A stretch of DNA of 64,000 nucleotides from Flavobacteriales bacterium (GTDB taxonomy: Bacteria; Bacteroidota; Bacteroidia; Flavobacteriales_F; PHOS-HE28), in contig JADJOG010000045.1 of assembly GCA_016713865.1 (NCBI GenBank), positions 34,898-98,897 on the forward strand, in the 5' to 3' direction. A model generated the notes under the pieces. The model ran no database searches. It worked only from the letters and a program-made list of their open reading frames with translations, and had not been told where the DNA came from. Positions 44,132 through 53,643 of this stretch are shown in pieces. Positions within the stretch are counted from its first letter, which is position 1. Each line of letters opens with the position of its first letter. Made by a program: the position numbers and the translations under genes.

Positions 44132-45383
44132 ATGATCGCGTCCCGGACTTTGCTGAGTGCCCGAGCATTCGTCCTTTTCGTGTTGCTGTGCGGCTCGGTC
44201 CCTTCGATGCACGCTCAGCCATACACCGTCAAGGCGGTTTACGATTCGCTCGACACGCGCCACGACTTGAAGCGGCCCTTGATCGAGCGTTACTTCATCA
44301 CAAGCAATCATCACTGGGCCTGTTTCAATCGGGGACTGATCGCTGAGGCGAGGATCACCTCCAAGGAAGAGCTTGAGCTGGCTGAGCAGCTCGGCATCGA
44401 TAGTCTGCTCGCGACCGCCTCGCACCATGTGGGCGATGCCTTCAACGGGTCGGCGGATGCGGCTTTGCAGTTGAAGTATTTCTATCAAGGCCTGGAGTAT
44501 GCGCAACGCTCCGGCATTCCGAACTATATCGGCACCGCGCAGAAGCAGATCGCCACCGTACGCCTATGCCCGTTCCTATTACATGTTGGGATCAGCATAC
44601 GCGGCGAAGCGCGAACGCCAGCTGGCCGATGTCCATTTCGCACGCGCGATCGAGGTGGCGGATTCCTTCCAGGTGATGATCCCGCTCTTTGGTTCCTTGT
44701 TGGGCCGGGGCCAGATGCAATTGGAGGCGGGCGACATCCCCGCTGCCATTGCTGACGGTAGGCGTGCCTTGCTCGTGAGCAGCAACGGGGGCAACCTCGA
44801 AGGCTTGGTGGGTGCATCAGACCTCTTGCGCCGATCCTTCAAGGCGCTTGGGGAAACCGACAGCGCGTACCACTACTTCGAGCTGCGCGTGATGTACGCC
44901 GACAGCCTGATCAACGCCACCAACCTGAACAAGCTGCAGAACATGGCTTTCGCGCAGGAGCTGAAAGAGCGCGAGGTGGCTAAGGCGAAAGAGGATGAAC
45001 AGGCGACCCGCTCCCGCAACATCCAGTTCGGGATCATCGCCCTCATTGTGATCACCCTCGGCATTTTCCTGCTCGTGCTCAGCCGCACCGCTATTGTAGG
45101 TGCGAGGACCATCAAGAACCTCTCGCTCATCGCGCTGCTGCTCTTCTTCGAGTTCATCAACCTGCTGGTGCATCCGTTCCTCGGCGAACTGACGCACCAC
45201 TCACCGCTGCTCCTGCTGTTGTGCATGGCGGCAATCGCCGGTTTGCTCATTCCGCTGCACCATCGCATGGAGCACTGGATCACCAACATGCTCGTGAGTA
45301 AGAACAACCGCGTGCGGTTGGAGGCGGCAAGGAGGACGATCGAGGAATTGGAATCGCGAACGGAAGAGCGCCCAACGAACTAG
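44132..45383 (+). pseudogene. paralog A of the TPR-like membrane protein family, with an internal deletion/frameshift
   Basis: The N-terminus resembles paralog E (YDSLDTRHD...), and the C-terminal TM module is intact. About 85 aa are missing relative to E, with a frame change near 44560-44600, so the track splits it into ORFs 44132..44755 and 44499..45383. Confidence 0.55.
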
Positions 45384-45386
45384 CGC

Positions 45387-46826
45387 ATGCAAGCCACAAG
45401 GGACCGAATGAAGTCACTGCGGATCGGGCTGGTCGCCGTCATGCTCGGCATGTTGCCGTCGGTGGGCCACGCTCAATTCGTTATCGCCCAATTGGACACG
45501 CTCGATGTGCGGCATGACAAGTCGCAGTCCATAGACGTCCGCCTCGAAGCAGCAAAGGACCACGCCATCGCTTGTTTGTACGCCGGGCGCGCCGAAGAAC
45601 TGCGGAGCACAGCACTGTTCATGCTGGATCTGGTGCCCGAAGCGAAGGAGGACTCGACGCTGGGCCAGACCTACCTGATGGTGAGCTACTCGTGCAAAGA
45701 GAGTGACCCCGGCAAGGGCCTGGAATACATGCACAAGGGGCTGGAGCATGCGGAGCGGAGCGCGATGCCCGGCCTGATCGGCTGGGTGGAGAAGGAGATC
45801 GGCGTCTTGTACAAACAGATGGGGCAGTTCCGCGAAGCGATCAACTGGATGAAGCGTGCAGAGGGGCATGTGAAGGGCTGGGTGGAAGTGAACCGCACGC
45901 ATTGCCATTTGAGCGAGGCGTATGCAGCCATCGGCCTGTTGGACTCTGCCATGTTCCATGCGCAGGCGTCCAACATCATTACCTCCGCGGCGATGGATCC
46001 ATACGGCTACGCCCGTTCGCAGCTGGTGCTGGGCAAAGCCTACACTGCCAAGAATGAGTTGGACATGGCCGAGCTCTTCTTCCGGAAGGCGATCGCCGTT
46101 TGCGATTCGTTCGGCGTGGTGCGGGTGATGCCTGTTGCGCTAGTGGGTGCGGCCCATGTGCGGCTTTCCGCCGGCGACCCTAACACTGCGGTCGGTCTTG
46201 GCCAGCGTGCCCTGGCTGTTGCCGAGCGCTCGGAGAACCTGCCCTCCTCCATCGAGGCCACTCACCTGTTGGAACGAGCCTATCACGCCGCAGGCAAGCC
46301 AGACAGCGCTTACCTCATCCTGAAACTGCATGCCACCTTGCAGGACAGCCTGGTGAGCGCCGAGAAGCTGAGCAAGGTGGAGAACATGCGCTTCGGCCAG
46401 CAGTTGAAAGCCAAGGAAGAGGAACAAGCGCGCATAGAGGCCGAGCAGGAACGCTCCCGCAACATCCAGTTCGGGATCATCGCGCTCATCGTCATTACGC
46501 TCGGCATCTTCCTGCTCATCTTCAGTCGCACGGCGGTTGTTGGCGCCAAGGCCATCAAGAACCTCTCGCTCATCGCGCTGCTGCTCTTCTTCGAGTTCAT
46601 CAACCTGTTGGTGCATCCGTTCCTTGGAGAACTTACACATCACTCGCCGATCCTCATGTTGCTGTGCATGGCCGCGATCGCCGGGCTGCTGATCCCGCTG
46701 CACCACCGCATGGAGAAGCTGATCACCAACATGCTTGTATCGAAGAACAACCGCGTGCGCTTGGAAGCGGCGCGGAAGACGATCGAGGAGTTGGAGGGAA
46801 GTCGCGGAGAAACGAACGCAAGCTGA
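45387..46826 (+). CDS. paralog B of the TPR-like triple-TM membrane protein family
   Basis: Signal peptide, TPR-like helical repeats, a coiled-coil (EKLSKVENMRFGQQLKAKEEEQARIEAE), then the conserved module RSRNIQFGIIALIVITLGIFLL..AIKNLSLIALLLFFEFINLLVHPFL..LLCMAAIAGLLIPLHHRME..NMLVSKNNRVRLEAARKTIEELE. Confidence 0.7.
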   Translation: MQATRDRMKSLRIGLVAVMLGMLPSVGHAQFVIAQLDTLDVRHDKSQSIDVRLEAAKDHAIACLYAGRAEELRSTALFMLDLVPEAKEDSTLGQTYLMVSYSCKESDPGKGLEYMHKGLEHAERSAMPGLIGWVEKEIGVLYKQMGQFREAINWMKRAEGHVKGWVEVNRTHCHLSEAYAAIGLLDSAMFHAQASNIITSAAMDPYGYARSQLVLGKAYTAKNELDMAELFFRKAIAVCDSFGVVRVMPVALVGAAHVRLSAGDPNTAVGLGQRALAVAERSENLPSSIEATHLLERAYHAAGKPDSAYLILKLHATLQDSLVSAEKLSKVENMRFGQQLKAKEEEQARIEAEQERSRNIQFGIIALIVITLGIFLLIFSRTAVVGAKAIKNLSLIALLLFFEFINLLVHPFLGELTHHSPILMLLCMAAIAGLLIPLHHRMEKLITNMLVSKNNRVRLEAARKTIEELEGSRGETNAS

Positions 46827-46831
46827 TCGCC

Positions 46832-48307
46832 ATGAATGCAAGGAAACTTCAGCAACGAACCGTATCCATGGTGTTCAGACCACTCGTTCTGCTAATCGGC
46901 ATCGGTTGTATAGGACAACTGCGCGCCCAACCGCTCGACACGCTCTTTGTCAGGCTGCGCGGCCTGCCGGTCGATTCACTGGAAGCACGCGAGCGGGCAG
47001 CGACCGACCCCCGGATGAAGATGGTTGCCATCAACAGGCTTACCGGTCAGTACGCTTTTCTCGGTCGCACGGAGGACTGCATGAAGGCAGCGATGCGCGG
47101 ACTTGAGTTGGCAGAAACGACCAAGAACGACACGCTGCTCGCCCTGGCCCACTTCGGTATCGGAGTGGCGTTCACCAGGCTCAGCGATGTGAACGGGGCG
47201 CTGAGGCACTTCAACATCGCCTTCGATGGCTACCAGCAGATCGGGGACAGCATGCGCATGAGCCTGACCTGCAAGGAGACCGCGATCGTGTACCAGCAGG
47301 TCGGGGATATCGATGGCACCTTGCGCTACATGCGGAAGGCACAGGCCTATGGCTTGGGTCAAGGGATCCACGGGCGTTCGATGACGATCCTGGCAAGGTG
47401 CCACATGGATCGCGGCGATCTGGACTCCGCGCTCTACTATGCCCGCCTGGCTGATGTCATGAAGGCGCCCGGCACGGATCCGTACGGCTACGCCGGCTAC
47501 AAGCTCATCATGGCTAATGTGCATGCTGCGCGTGGTGAGGGCGATGTGGCCGAACCCTACTACAAGAGAGCATTGGCGGTGGCGGATTCAGCTAGAACGC
47601 TGGATGCGCTGATAGGTGGTTCGGCCGGGTATGCGAAGCTGCTCATTGGCCAGGGGCGCGCTGCTGAGGCGCTTGACTGGGCGCGCAAGGGATTCTCGGC
47701 CACCGACGAAGTGCGGCTGCCAGTTCTCATGATCAAGTCCACCACGGCCTTGTCGGAAGCCTTTGCCGCGAATGGCATGACTGATAGCGCGCTGGTGTAT
47801 TCTCGGATCGCTCATGCCTGGCGCGATTCGCTCACGGCCTTGCAGAACAGGAGCCAGCTTCAGAACCAGTTGTTCACGCAGGAACTGAAGGACCGTGAGG
47901 ATGCGAAGGCCCGCGAGGAAGCCAAAGAAGAACGCTCCCGCAACATCCAGTTCGGCATCATTGCGCTCATCGTCATCACGCTCGGGATCTTCCTGTTGGT
48001 CTTCAGCCGCACAGCGGTGGTTGGAGCCAAGGCGATCAAAAACCTCTCGCTCATCGCGCTGCTGCTCTTCTTCGAGTTCATCAACCTGCTGGTGCATCCG
48101 TTCCTCGGTGAACTGACGCACCACTCACCGCTGCTTCTGCTGCTCTGCATGGCCGCCATCGCAGGCTTGCTTATTCCGCTCCATCACCGCATGGAGCACT
48201 GGATCACCAACATGCTCGTGAGCAAGAACAACCGGGTGCGGTTGGAAGCGGCGCGGAAGACGATAGAAGAACTGGAGGCGAGGCCAAATAACACCAATCC
48301 GAGCTGA
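46832..48307 (+). CDS. paralog C of the TPR-like triple-TM membrane protein family
   Basis: The ATG at 46832 gives MNARKLQQRTVSMVFRPLVLLIGIGCIGQLRAQP; the same architecture and the conserved C-terminal module. Confidence 0.7.
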   Translation: MNARKLQQRTVSMVFRPLVLLIGIGCIGQLRAQPLDTLFVRLRGLPVDSLEARERAATDPRMKMVAINRLTGQYAFLGRTEDCMKAAMRGLELAETTKNDTLLALAHFGIGVAFTRLSDVNGALRHFNIAFDGYQQIGDSMRMSLTCKETAIVYQQVGDIDGTLRYMRKAQAYGLGQGIHGRSMTILARCHMDRGDLDSALYYARLADVMKAPGTDPYGYAGYKLIMANVHAARGEGDVAEPYYKRALAVADSARTLDALIGGSAGYAKLLIGQGRAAEALDWARKGFSATDEVRLPVLMIKSTTALSEAFAANGMTDSALVYSRIAHAWRDSLTALQNRSQLQNQLFTQELKDREDAKAREEAKEERSRNIQFGIIALIVITLGIFLLVFSRTAVVGAKAIKNLSLIALLLFFEFINLLVHPFLGELTHHSPLLLLLCMAAIAGLLIPLHHRMEHWITNMLVSKNNRVRLEAARKTIEELEARPNNTNPS

Positions 48308-49785
48308 TGGGAATGATGAGGAGTACCCTTCAAGAACGATCGGTCAGGAGACTGTTCATGCTGTTCTGCGCGGTTGTCAACATGACCGCCATCGGGCGCT
48401 TGCATGCCCAGCCGTTCGATACGCTCGTCGCCCGGATCAGTGACCTTCCAGTGGACACCTTGATCATCCGCGAGAAGGCCACGGAAGATCCCCGCATGAA
48501 GGTCGCGTTGCTCGCACGGCTGGCCGTGAAACTCCTCTACGTCAATCGTCAGGATGAATGCATGTCCACCGCGCTCCGGATGTTCGAGATAGCGGGACCG
48601 ACCGGTAACGATACACTTATCGGAAGGGCGCAGCTATCCATCGGGTTCTCCTTCGTGATCGCCAATGAGGTGAACGGCGCATTGAAGCACTTCAACCTTG
48701 CGCTCGATCACTTTACGAGCGCGCGTGATAGCATCTGGATGGGTGCGACCTGCAAGGAGCTCGCCGTGCTCTATCAACGTGTGGGCGACAACGATGGTGC
48801 CATGCGCTACATGCGCAAAGCGCTGGCTTTTGGCATGCCCCCTGGGATACGTTCGCGAGGGCTGTCAACAATAGCCCGGGTCTTCATGGACCGAGGCGAA
48901 CTCGATTCCGCGCTCTACTACACCAAGCAAGTGGAAATGGTCAATACGCCCGGCGAGGACCCTTGGACCTACGCCTTTTCCAACGGTGCGCTTGCAGCGG
49001 TTTATGCCGCCCGGCATGAGGCCGATCTAGCCGAACTGCATTTCAAGCGCGCGATCGCCGCCGCGGATTCCTTCCAACTGCCGCTTCCCCTTGTTCAGTT
49101 CGCCGCGGGGTATTCTTCCTTGCTCTTGGAGCAGGGCCGCACAGCGGAGGCGCAAGCCATTGCGCAGTTGGGTTTCCGCTCTGCGAATGGGGTTCGCAAT
49201 CCGAACATCCTGGAGAAAGCCGCTGAAGCCTTGGCGGATGCGTTCAAGGCGGACGGCTTGGCCGATAGCGCATTCTACTACGCGAAGTTGTGCATCGCCT
49301 ACCGCGACAGTGTGATCGCCACACAGAACCGCAGTCAGCTGAAGACCCAGCTCTTCGCGCAGCAGCTCAAGGACATGGAGGATGCGAAGTTGCGAGCGGA
49401 GAAAGTTGCCGCCCGTTCCCGCAACATCCAGTTCGGCATCATCACGCTCATCGTCATCACGCTGGGGATCTTCCTGCTTGTGCTCAGCCGCACGGCTTTG
49501 GTAGGCGCTCGAGCCATCAAGAACCTCTCGCTCATCGCGCTGCTCTTGTTCTTCGAGTTCATCAATCTACTGGTGCATCCGTTCCTTGATCGCATCACCG
49601 ACCACTCACCGATCCTGACGCTGTTGTGTATGGCTGCCATCGCAGGTTTGCTGATCCCGCTGCACCACCGCATGGAGAAGCTGATAACCAACATGCTGGT
49701 GAGCAAGAACAACCGGGTAAGGTTGGAGGCGGCGAGAAGGACGATAGAGGAGTTGGAATCAACCAACGCAAAGTCAGAAGGATGA
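48307..49785 (+). CDS. paralog D of the TPR-like triple-TM membrane protein family
   Basis: Its start overlaps the paralog C stop (TGATG); the conserved C-terminal module is present. Confidence 0.7.
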   Translation: MGMMRSTLQERSVRRLFMLFCAVVNMTAIGRLHAQPFDTLVARISDLPVDTLIIREKATEDPRMKVALLARLAVKLLYVNRQDECMSTALRMFEIAGPTGNDTLIGRAQLSIGFSFVIANEVNGALKHFNLALDHFTSARDSIWMGATCKELAVLYQRVGDNDGAMRYMRKALAFGMPPGIRSRGLSTIARVFMDRGELDSALYYTKQVEMVNTPGEDPWTYAFSNGALAAVYAARHEADLAELHFKRAIAAADSFQLPLPLVQFAAGYSSLLLEQGRTAEAQAIAQLGFRSANGVRNPNILEKAAEALADAFKADGLADSAFYYAKLCIAYRDSVIATQNRSQLKTQLFAQQLKDMEDAKLRAEKVAARSRNIQFGIITLIVITLGIFLLVLSRTALVGARAIKNLSLIALLLFFEFINLLVHPFLDRITDHSPILTLLCMAAIAGLLIPLHHRMEKLITNMLVSKNNRVRLEAARRTIEELESTNAKSEG

Positions 49786-51215
49786 AGCTCTTTCAGATGA
49801 TCCGGGCTCTGATGCTCGTGCTCACTTTGTTGATACGAGGAGAAGTCGGTGCTCAGAAACTCGGCATCGAGTCACGATACGATTCTCTCGACACCCGGCA
49901 CGACATGTCACGCCCGATGCTCGAGCGATTCTGGATCACGGTGAACCATGCTTGGGCGTGTTACTACAGAGGTGAACGGACGGCCTCAACACGGGCTGGC
50001 ATGGATGCACTTGGATTGGCCGATTCCCTTGGCGTGGATACCCTGGGAGCTGAAGCGTATCTGGTCCTTGGCAATTCGACCGGTGGATCCGCCGACCCCG
50101 AGGTCGCGATGAAGCACTTTTACCGGGCACGCGCCCTTGCCGAGAAGGCAGGCAGCCGGGAGTATTCAGGTGTGGCGGACAAGGAGATCGGCGTTGTATA
50201 CAGGCTGATGGAGGACTATCCACGTAGTCTTGAGCTGCTGAAGAAGGCGATTGTGAACGTGCGCTCGATGCTGGAGGTGAACCGCACCTACTGTCAATTG
50301 AGCGACACCTATCGTTTCATGGGTCAGGCCGACTCGGCCCTGTACTACGCCCATCGATCGAACACCATCCGGGAGCCTGAGGAGGATCCCTATGGCTATG
50401 CGCGATCCTACTACACCTTGGGTGCGGCCTATGCGGCCAAGGGCGACCGCGTTCTTGCCGAGGTGCATTTCACGCGTGCGATCGAAGTGGCGGATTCCTT
50501 TGAAGTGGTGATACCGCTGATCCAAGCCCTCGGGGGGCGAGGGCGTATGCGCCTGGAGATCCAGGATCTCCCCGGAGCCATCACCGACGGGCGGCGGGCC
50601 CTGGCGGTTAGCCTTGCCTTCGGTCATTTAAGCTTGACGGCCAGGTCTGCTGATCTCTTGCGTGCGGCCTACAAGGCGCAGGGTCGCCTGGATAGTGCCT
50701 TTCATTACTCGGAGATGAAAGCGCTGTTCAACGACAGCCTGAAGACCACCGGGAACATGATCAAGCTTCAGAATATGACCTTCGAGCAGGACCTTAAAGA
50801 GCGGGAGGAGGCTAGGCTCCTGGAAGTAGCCGCCACAGAACGCTCCCGCAACCTCCAGTTCGGCATCATCGCCCTCATTGTGCTCACGCTGGGCATCTTC
50901 CTGTTGGTGTTCAGTCGCACAGCGGTGGTGGGAGCCAAGGCCATCAAGAACCTCTCGCTCATCGCGCTGTTGTTGTTCTTCGAGTTCATCAACCTGCTGG
51001 TGCATCCGTTCCTTGATCGCATCACCAACCACTCGCCGATCCTGATGCTGTTGTGTATGGCTACCATCGCAGGTTTGCTGATCCCGCTGCACCACCGCAT
51101 GGAGAAGCTGATCACCAACATGCTCGTGAGTAAGAACAACCGGGTAAGGTTGGAAGCGGCAAGAAGGACGATCGAGGAGTTGGAGGGAGCAGGAAAGACG
51201 GATCCTGTGGGTTAG
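49782..51215 (+). CDS. paralog E of the TPR-like triple-TM membrane protein family
   Basis: The ATG at 49782 overlaps the paralog D stop (ATGA). It begins MKLFQMIRALMLVLTLLIRGEVGAQ, and the conserved C-terminal module is present. Confidence 0.7.
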   Translation: MKLFQMIRALMLVLTLLIRGEVGAQKLGIESRYDSLDTRHDMSRPMLERFWITVNHAWACYYRGERTASTRAGMDALGLADSLGVDTLGAEAYLVLGNSTGGSADPEVAMKHFYRARALAEKAGSREYSGVADKEIGVVYRLMEDYPRSLELLKKAIVNVRSMLEVNRTYCQLSDTYRFMGQADSALYYAHRSNTIREPEEDPYGYARSYYTLGAAYAAKGDRVLAEVHFTRAIEVADSFEVVIPLIQALGGRGRMRLEIQDLPGAITDGRRALAVSLAFGHLSLTARSADLLRAAYKAQGRLDSAFHYSEMKALFNDSLKTTGNMIKLQNMTFEQDLKEREEARLLEVAATERSRNLQFGIIALIVLTLGIFLLVFSRTAVVGAKAIKNLSLIALLLFFEFINLLVHPFLDRITNHSPILMLLCMATIAGLLIPLHHRMEKLITNMLVSKNNRVRLEAARRTIEELEGAGKTDPVG

Positions 51216-51616
51216 GCCCGCTTCAGCTCCTTCATCGCCGCCTTGATGAAGCCTTCTTTGTCCATCTTCACCTCCTTCAGCATGGCCTTGCGGTCGGCGG
51301 GGATCGGGAAGTACTTCTCCGCCCAGAGGTTGATCTCGATCATGATGGGAAGCAGGTCCACACCCATCGGGGTCAGCTTGTACAGCACCTTGGCCTTGCT
51401 GTCCGGGTGGTCCAGTTTCTCTATCAGCCCGCTCTGCTCCAATAGCTGCAACCGTGCGGCGAGGATGTTGGTGGCGATACCCTCGGGCGCTTTCAGGAGT
51501 TCGCCGTAGGTGAGCTGCTTCGCGAGGAACAGGTCACGGATGATCAATAGGGACCACTTGTCCCCCCAGATGTCCAGGGAGCGGCTCACAGGGCAGTCGG
51601 AACGCAGGGTCTTCAT
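51212..51616 (-). CDS. HxlR family transcriptional regulator (winged helix, DUF24)
   Basis: CPVSRSLDIWGDKWSLLIIRDL...GELLKAPEGIATNILAARLQLLEQSGLIEK is the HxlR signature. It is divergent from an MDR quinone oxidoreductase, a common pairing. Confidence 0.8.
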   Translation of the reverse strand: MKTLRSDCPVSRSLDIWGDKWSLLIIRDLFLAKQLTYGELLKAPEGIATNILAARLQLLEQSGLIEKLDHPDSKAKVLYKLTPMGVDLLPIMIEINLWAEKYFPIPADRKAMLKEVKMDKEGFIKAAMKELKRA

Positions 51617-51726
51617 CGGCTCGAAGTATCGATGGCGAAGATAGTACTTGCAAAGAGCAAGTAAAGCAGTACGTTTGCGCTTGCAAAAGACAAGTGACAT
51701 TCCGACGAACCATCGAACAAGGAACC

Positions 51727-52728
51727 ATGAAGGCTTACATCATCGACAAATACAAGAGCGCCGACGGCGGGCGCATCGCCGATATGCCGGAACCCGAACT
51801 GCGGCCCGGAGATGTACTGGTGAAGGTCCACGCAGCTGGCCTGAACGTGCTGGACTCGAAGATCAGGACCGGCGAGTTCAAGCTCATGCTGCCTTACCGG
51901 TTCCCGCTGATCATGGGCAACGATGTGGCCGGCGTGGTGGTGAAGGTGGGGGCCATGGCGAAGCGGTTCAAGGTCGGTGATGAAGTGTACGCGCGGCCGG
52001 ACAAGGACAGGATCGGCACGTTCGCCGAGTTCATCGCCATGGACGAGGCCGATGTCGCTTTGAAACCGAAGTCGCTCACCATGGAAGAAGCGGCGTCCAT
52101 TCCGTTGGTCGGCTTAACGGCCTGGCAAGCACTGGTGGAAATGGCCAACGTGAAGAAGGGACAGAAGGTCTTCATCCAAGCGGGCTCGGGTGGCGTGGGC
52201 ACCTTCGCGATCCAACTGGCCAAACACCTGGGTGCAACCGTGGCCACTACCGCCAGTGCAGCGAATGCCGCGTTGGTCAAGAGCCTCGGCGCCGATGTGG
52301 TGATCGACTACAAGACGCAAGACTTCGAGACCACCCTGCGCGACTACGACGTGGTGCTGAACAGCCAGGACGGAAAGACACTGGAGAAGTCGCTGCGCAT
52401 CCTCAAGCCGGGCGGGAAGCTTATCTCCATCACAGGCCCACCCGATGCCGCGTTCGCGAAGGAGCTTGGTGCGCCTTGGTATGTGGAGTTGCTCATGAGC
52501 GCGCTGAGCGCAGGCGTGCGGAAGAAGGCGAAGCGTTTGAAGGTCGGCTACCGATTCCTCTTCATGAAGGCGAGTGGTGCCCAGCTGGAGCGGATAACTG
52601 CGCTCATCGATGCCGGCACCATCCGGCCGGTCATGGACAAGGTGTTCCCGTTTGCGGAGACCAAGGAAGCACTGGCCTACATCGAGACGGGTCGTGCGAA
52701 AGGGAAGGTGGTGGTGAAGGTGCAGTAG
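51727..52728 (+). CDS. NADPH:quinone oxidoreductase / zinc-type alcohol dehydrogenase-like (MDR superfamily)
   Basis: MKAYIIDKYK...VLVKVHAAGLNVLDSKIRTG...GSGGVGTFAIQLAKHLGATV, the MDR Rossmann motif. Confidence 0.8.
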   Translation: MKAYIIDKYKSADGGRIADMPEPELRPGDVLVKVHAAGLNVLDSKIRTGEFKLMLPYRFPLIMGNDVAGVVVKVGAMAKRFKVGDEVYARPDKDRIGTFAEFIAMDEADVALKPKSLTMEEAASIPLVGLTAWQALVEMANVKKGQKVFIQAGSGGVGTFAIQLAKHLGATVATTASAANAALVKSLGADVVIDYKTQDFETTLRDYDVVLNSQDGKTLEKSLRILKPGGKLISITGPPDAAFAKELGAPWYVELLMSALSAGVRKKAKRLKVGYRFLFMKASGAQLERITALIDAGTIRPVMDKVFPFAETKEALAYIETGRAKGKVVVKVQ

Positions 52729-52758
52729 ACAACAGCAAGCAGCACAACACGATGCACA

Positions 52759-53610
52759 ATGGACACGCGATCACACACCACCTACGCCACCGTCCCAACG
52801 CAGTTCATCACTGCTGCCAACGGGGTCAAATTCGCTTACCGCAGGCAAGGCGAGCGACAAGCCGTACCCATCATTTACTTCAATCACCTCACCGCCAACC
52901 TGGACAACTGCGATCCGCGCGTCATGGATGGCTTGGCCGCCAAGCATGAGATCATCTCCTTCGACTATCGCGGCGTGGGATCCACCTCGGGCACCGATGC
53001 AACGTCCATTCAGGACATGGCCAAGGACAGCCTCGCTTTCATCAAGGCGTTGGGCTACACACAAGTGGACATCATCAGCTTCTCCATGGGCGGCTTCATC
53101 GCGCAGGAACTGATGGAAATGGAACCGACATTGGTGCGAAGGATCGTGCTCGCCGGCACCGGCCCACGCGGCGGTAAAGGAATCAGCGATGTCGTGGGCC
53201 TTACCTATTGGGACATCGTCAAGGGCCTTTTCACCTTTCGCGATCCCAAGTTCTATTTGTTCTTCACCACCACGACGAACGGAAAGAAAGCGGCGCGCAA
53301 CTTCCTCGCTCGCTTGAAAGAGCGCACCAAGGACCTCGACATTCCTGTTGGTGTCCGATCGCTGCGCGCACAACTCAACGCGATCCGCACGTGGGGACAC
53401 GAACAGCCCGCCGATCTCTCCGTGTTCAAGCTGCCGGTGCTCGTCATCAACGGCGACAACGACCGCATGGTGCCCACACCGAACTCGTACGACATGGCGA
53501 AGCGCTTCCCGAACGCTAAGCTCCACATCTATGAAGAGGCCGCGCATGGCGCCGTGTTCCAGCACCATGAGGATTTCGTGAAGCGGGCTTTGGGGTTCTT
53601 CGCTGCCTGA
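52759..53610 (+). CDS. alpha/beta fold hydrolase
   Basis: An IISFSMGGFIAQ nucleophile elbow (G-x-S-x-G) and a C-terminal GDNDRMVP...H pattern. Confidence 0.75.
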   Translation: MDTRSHTTYATVPTQFITAANGVKFAYRRQGERQAVPIIYFNHLTANLDNCDPRVMDGLAAKHEIISFDYRGVGSTSGTDATSIQDMAKDSLAFIKALGYTQVDIISFSMGGFIAQELMEMEPTLVRRIVLAGTGPRGGKGISDVVGLTYWDIVKGLFTFRDPKFYLFFTTTTNGKKAARNFLARLKERTKDLDIPVGVRSLRAQLNAIRTWGHEQPADLSVFKLPVLVINGDNDRMVPTPNSYDMAKRFPNAKLHIYEEAAHGAVFQHHEDFVKRALGFFAA

Positions 53611-53643
53611 AGCGATTAAAGAAACGGTTAGGGCGTTACTGGT

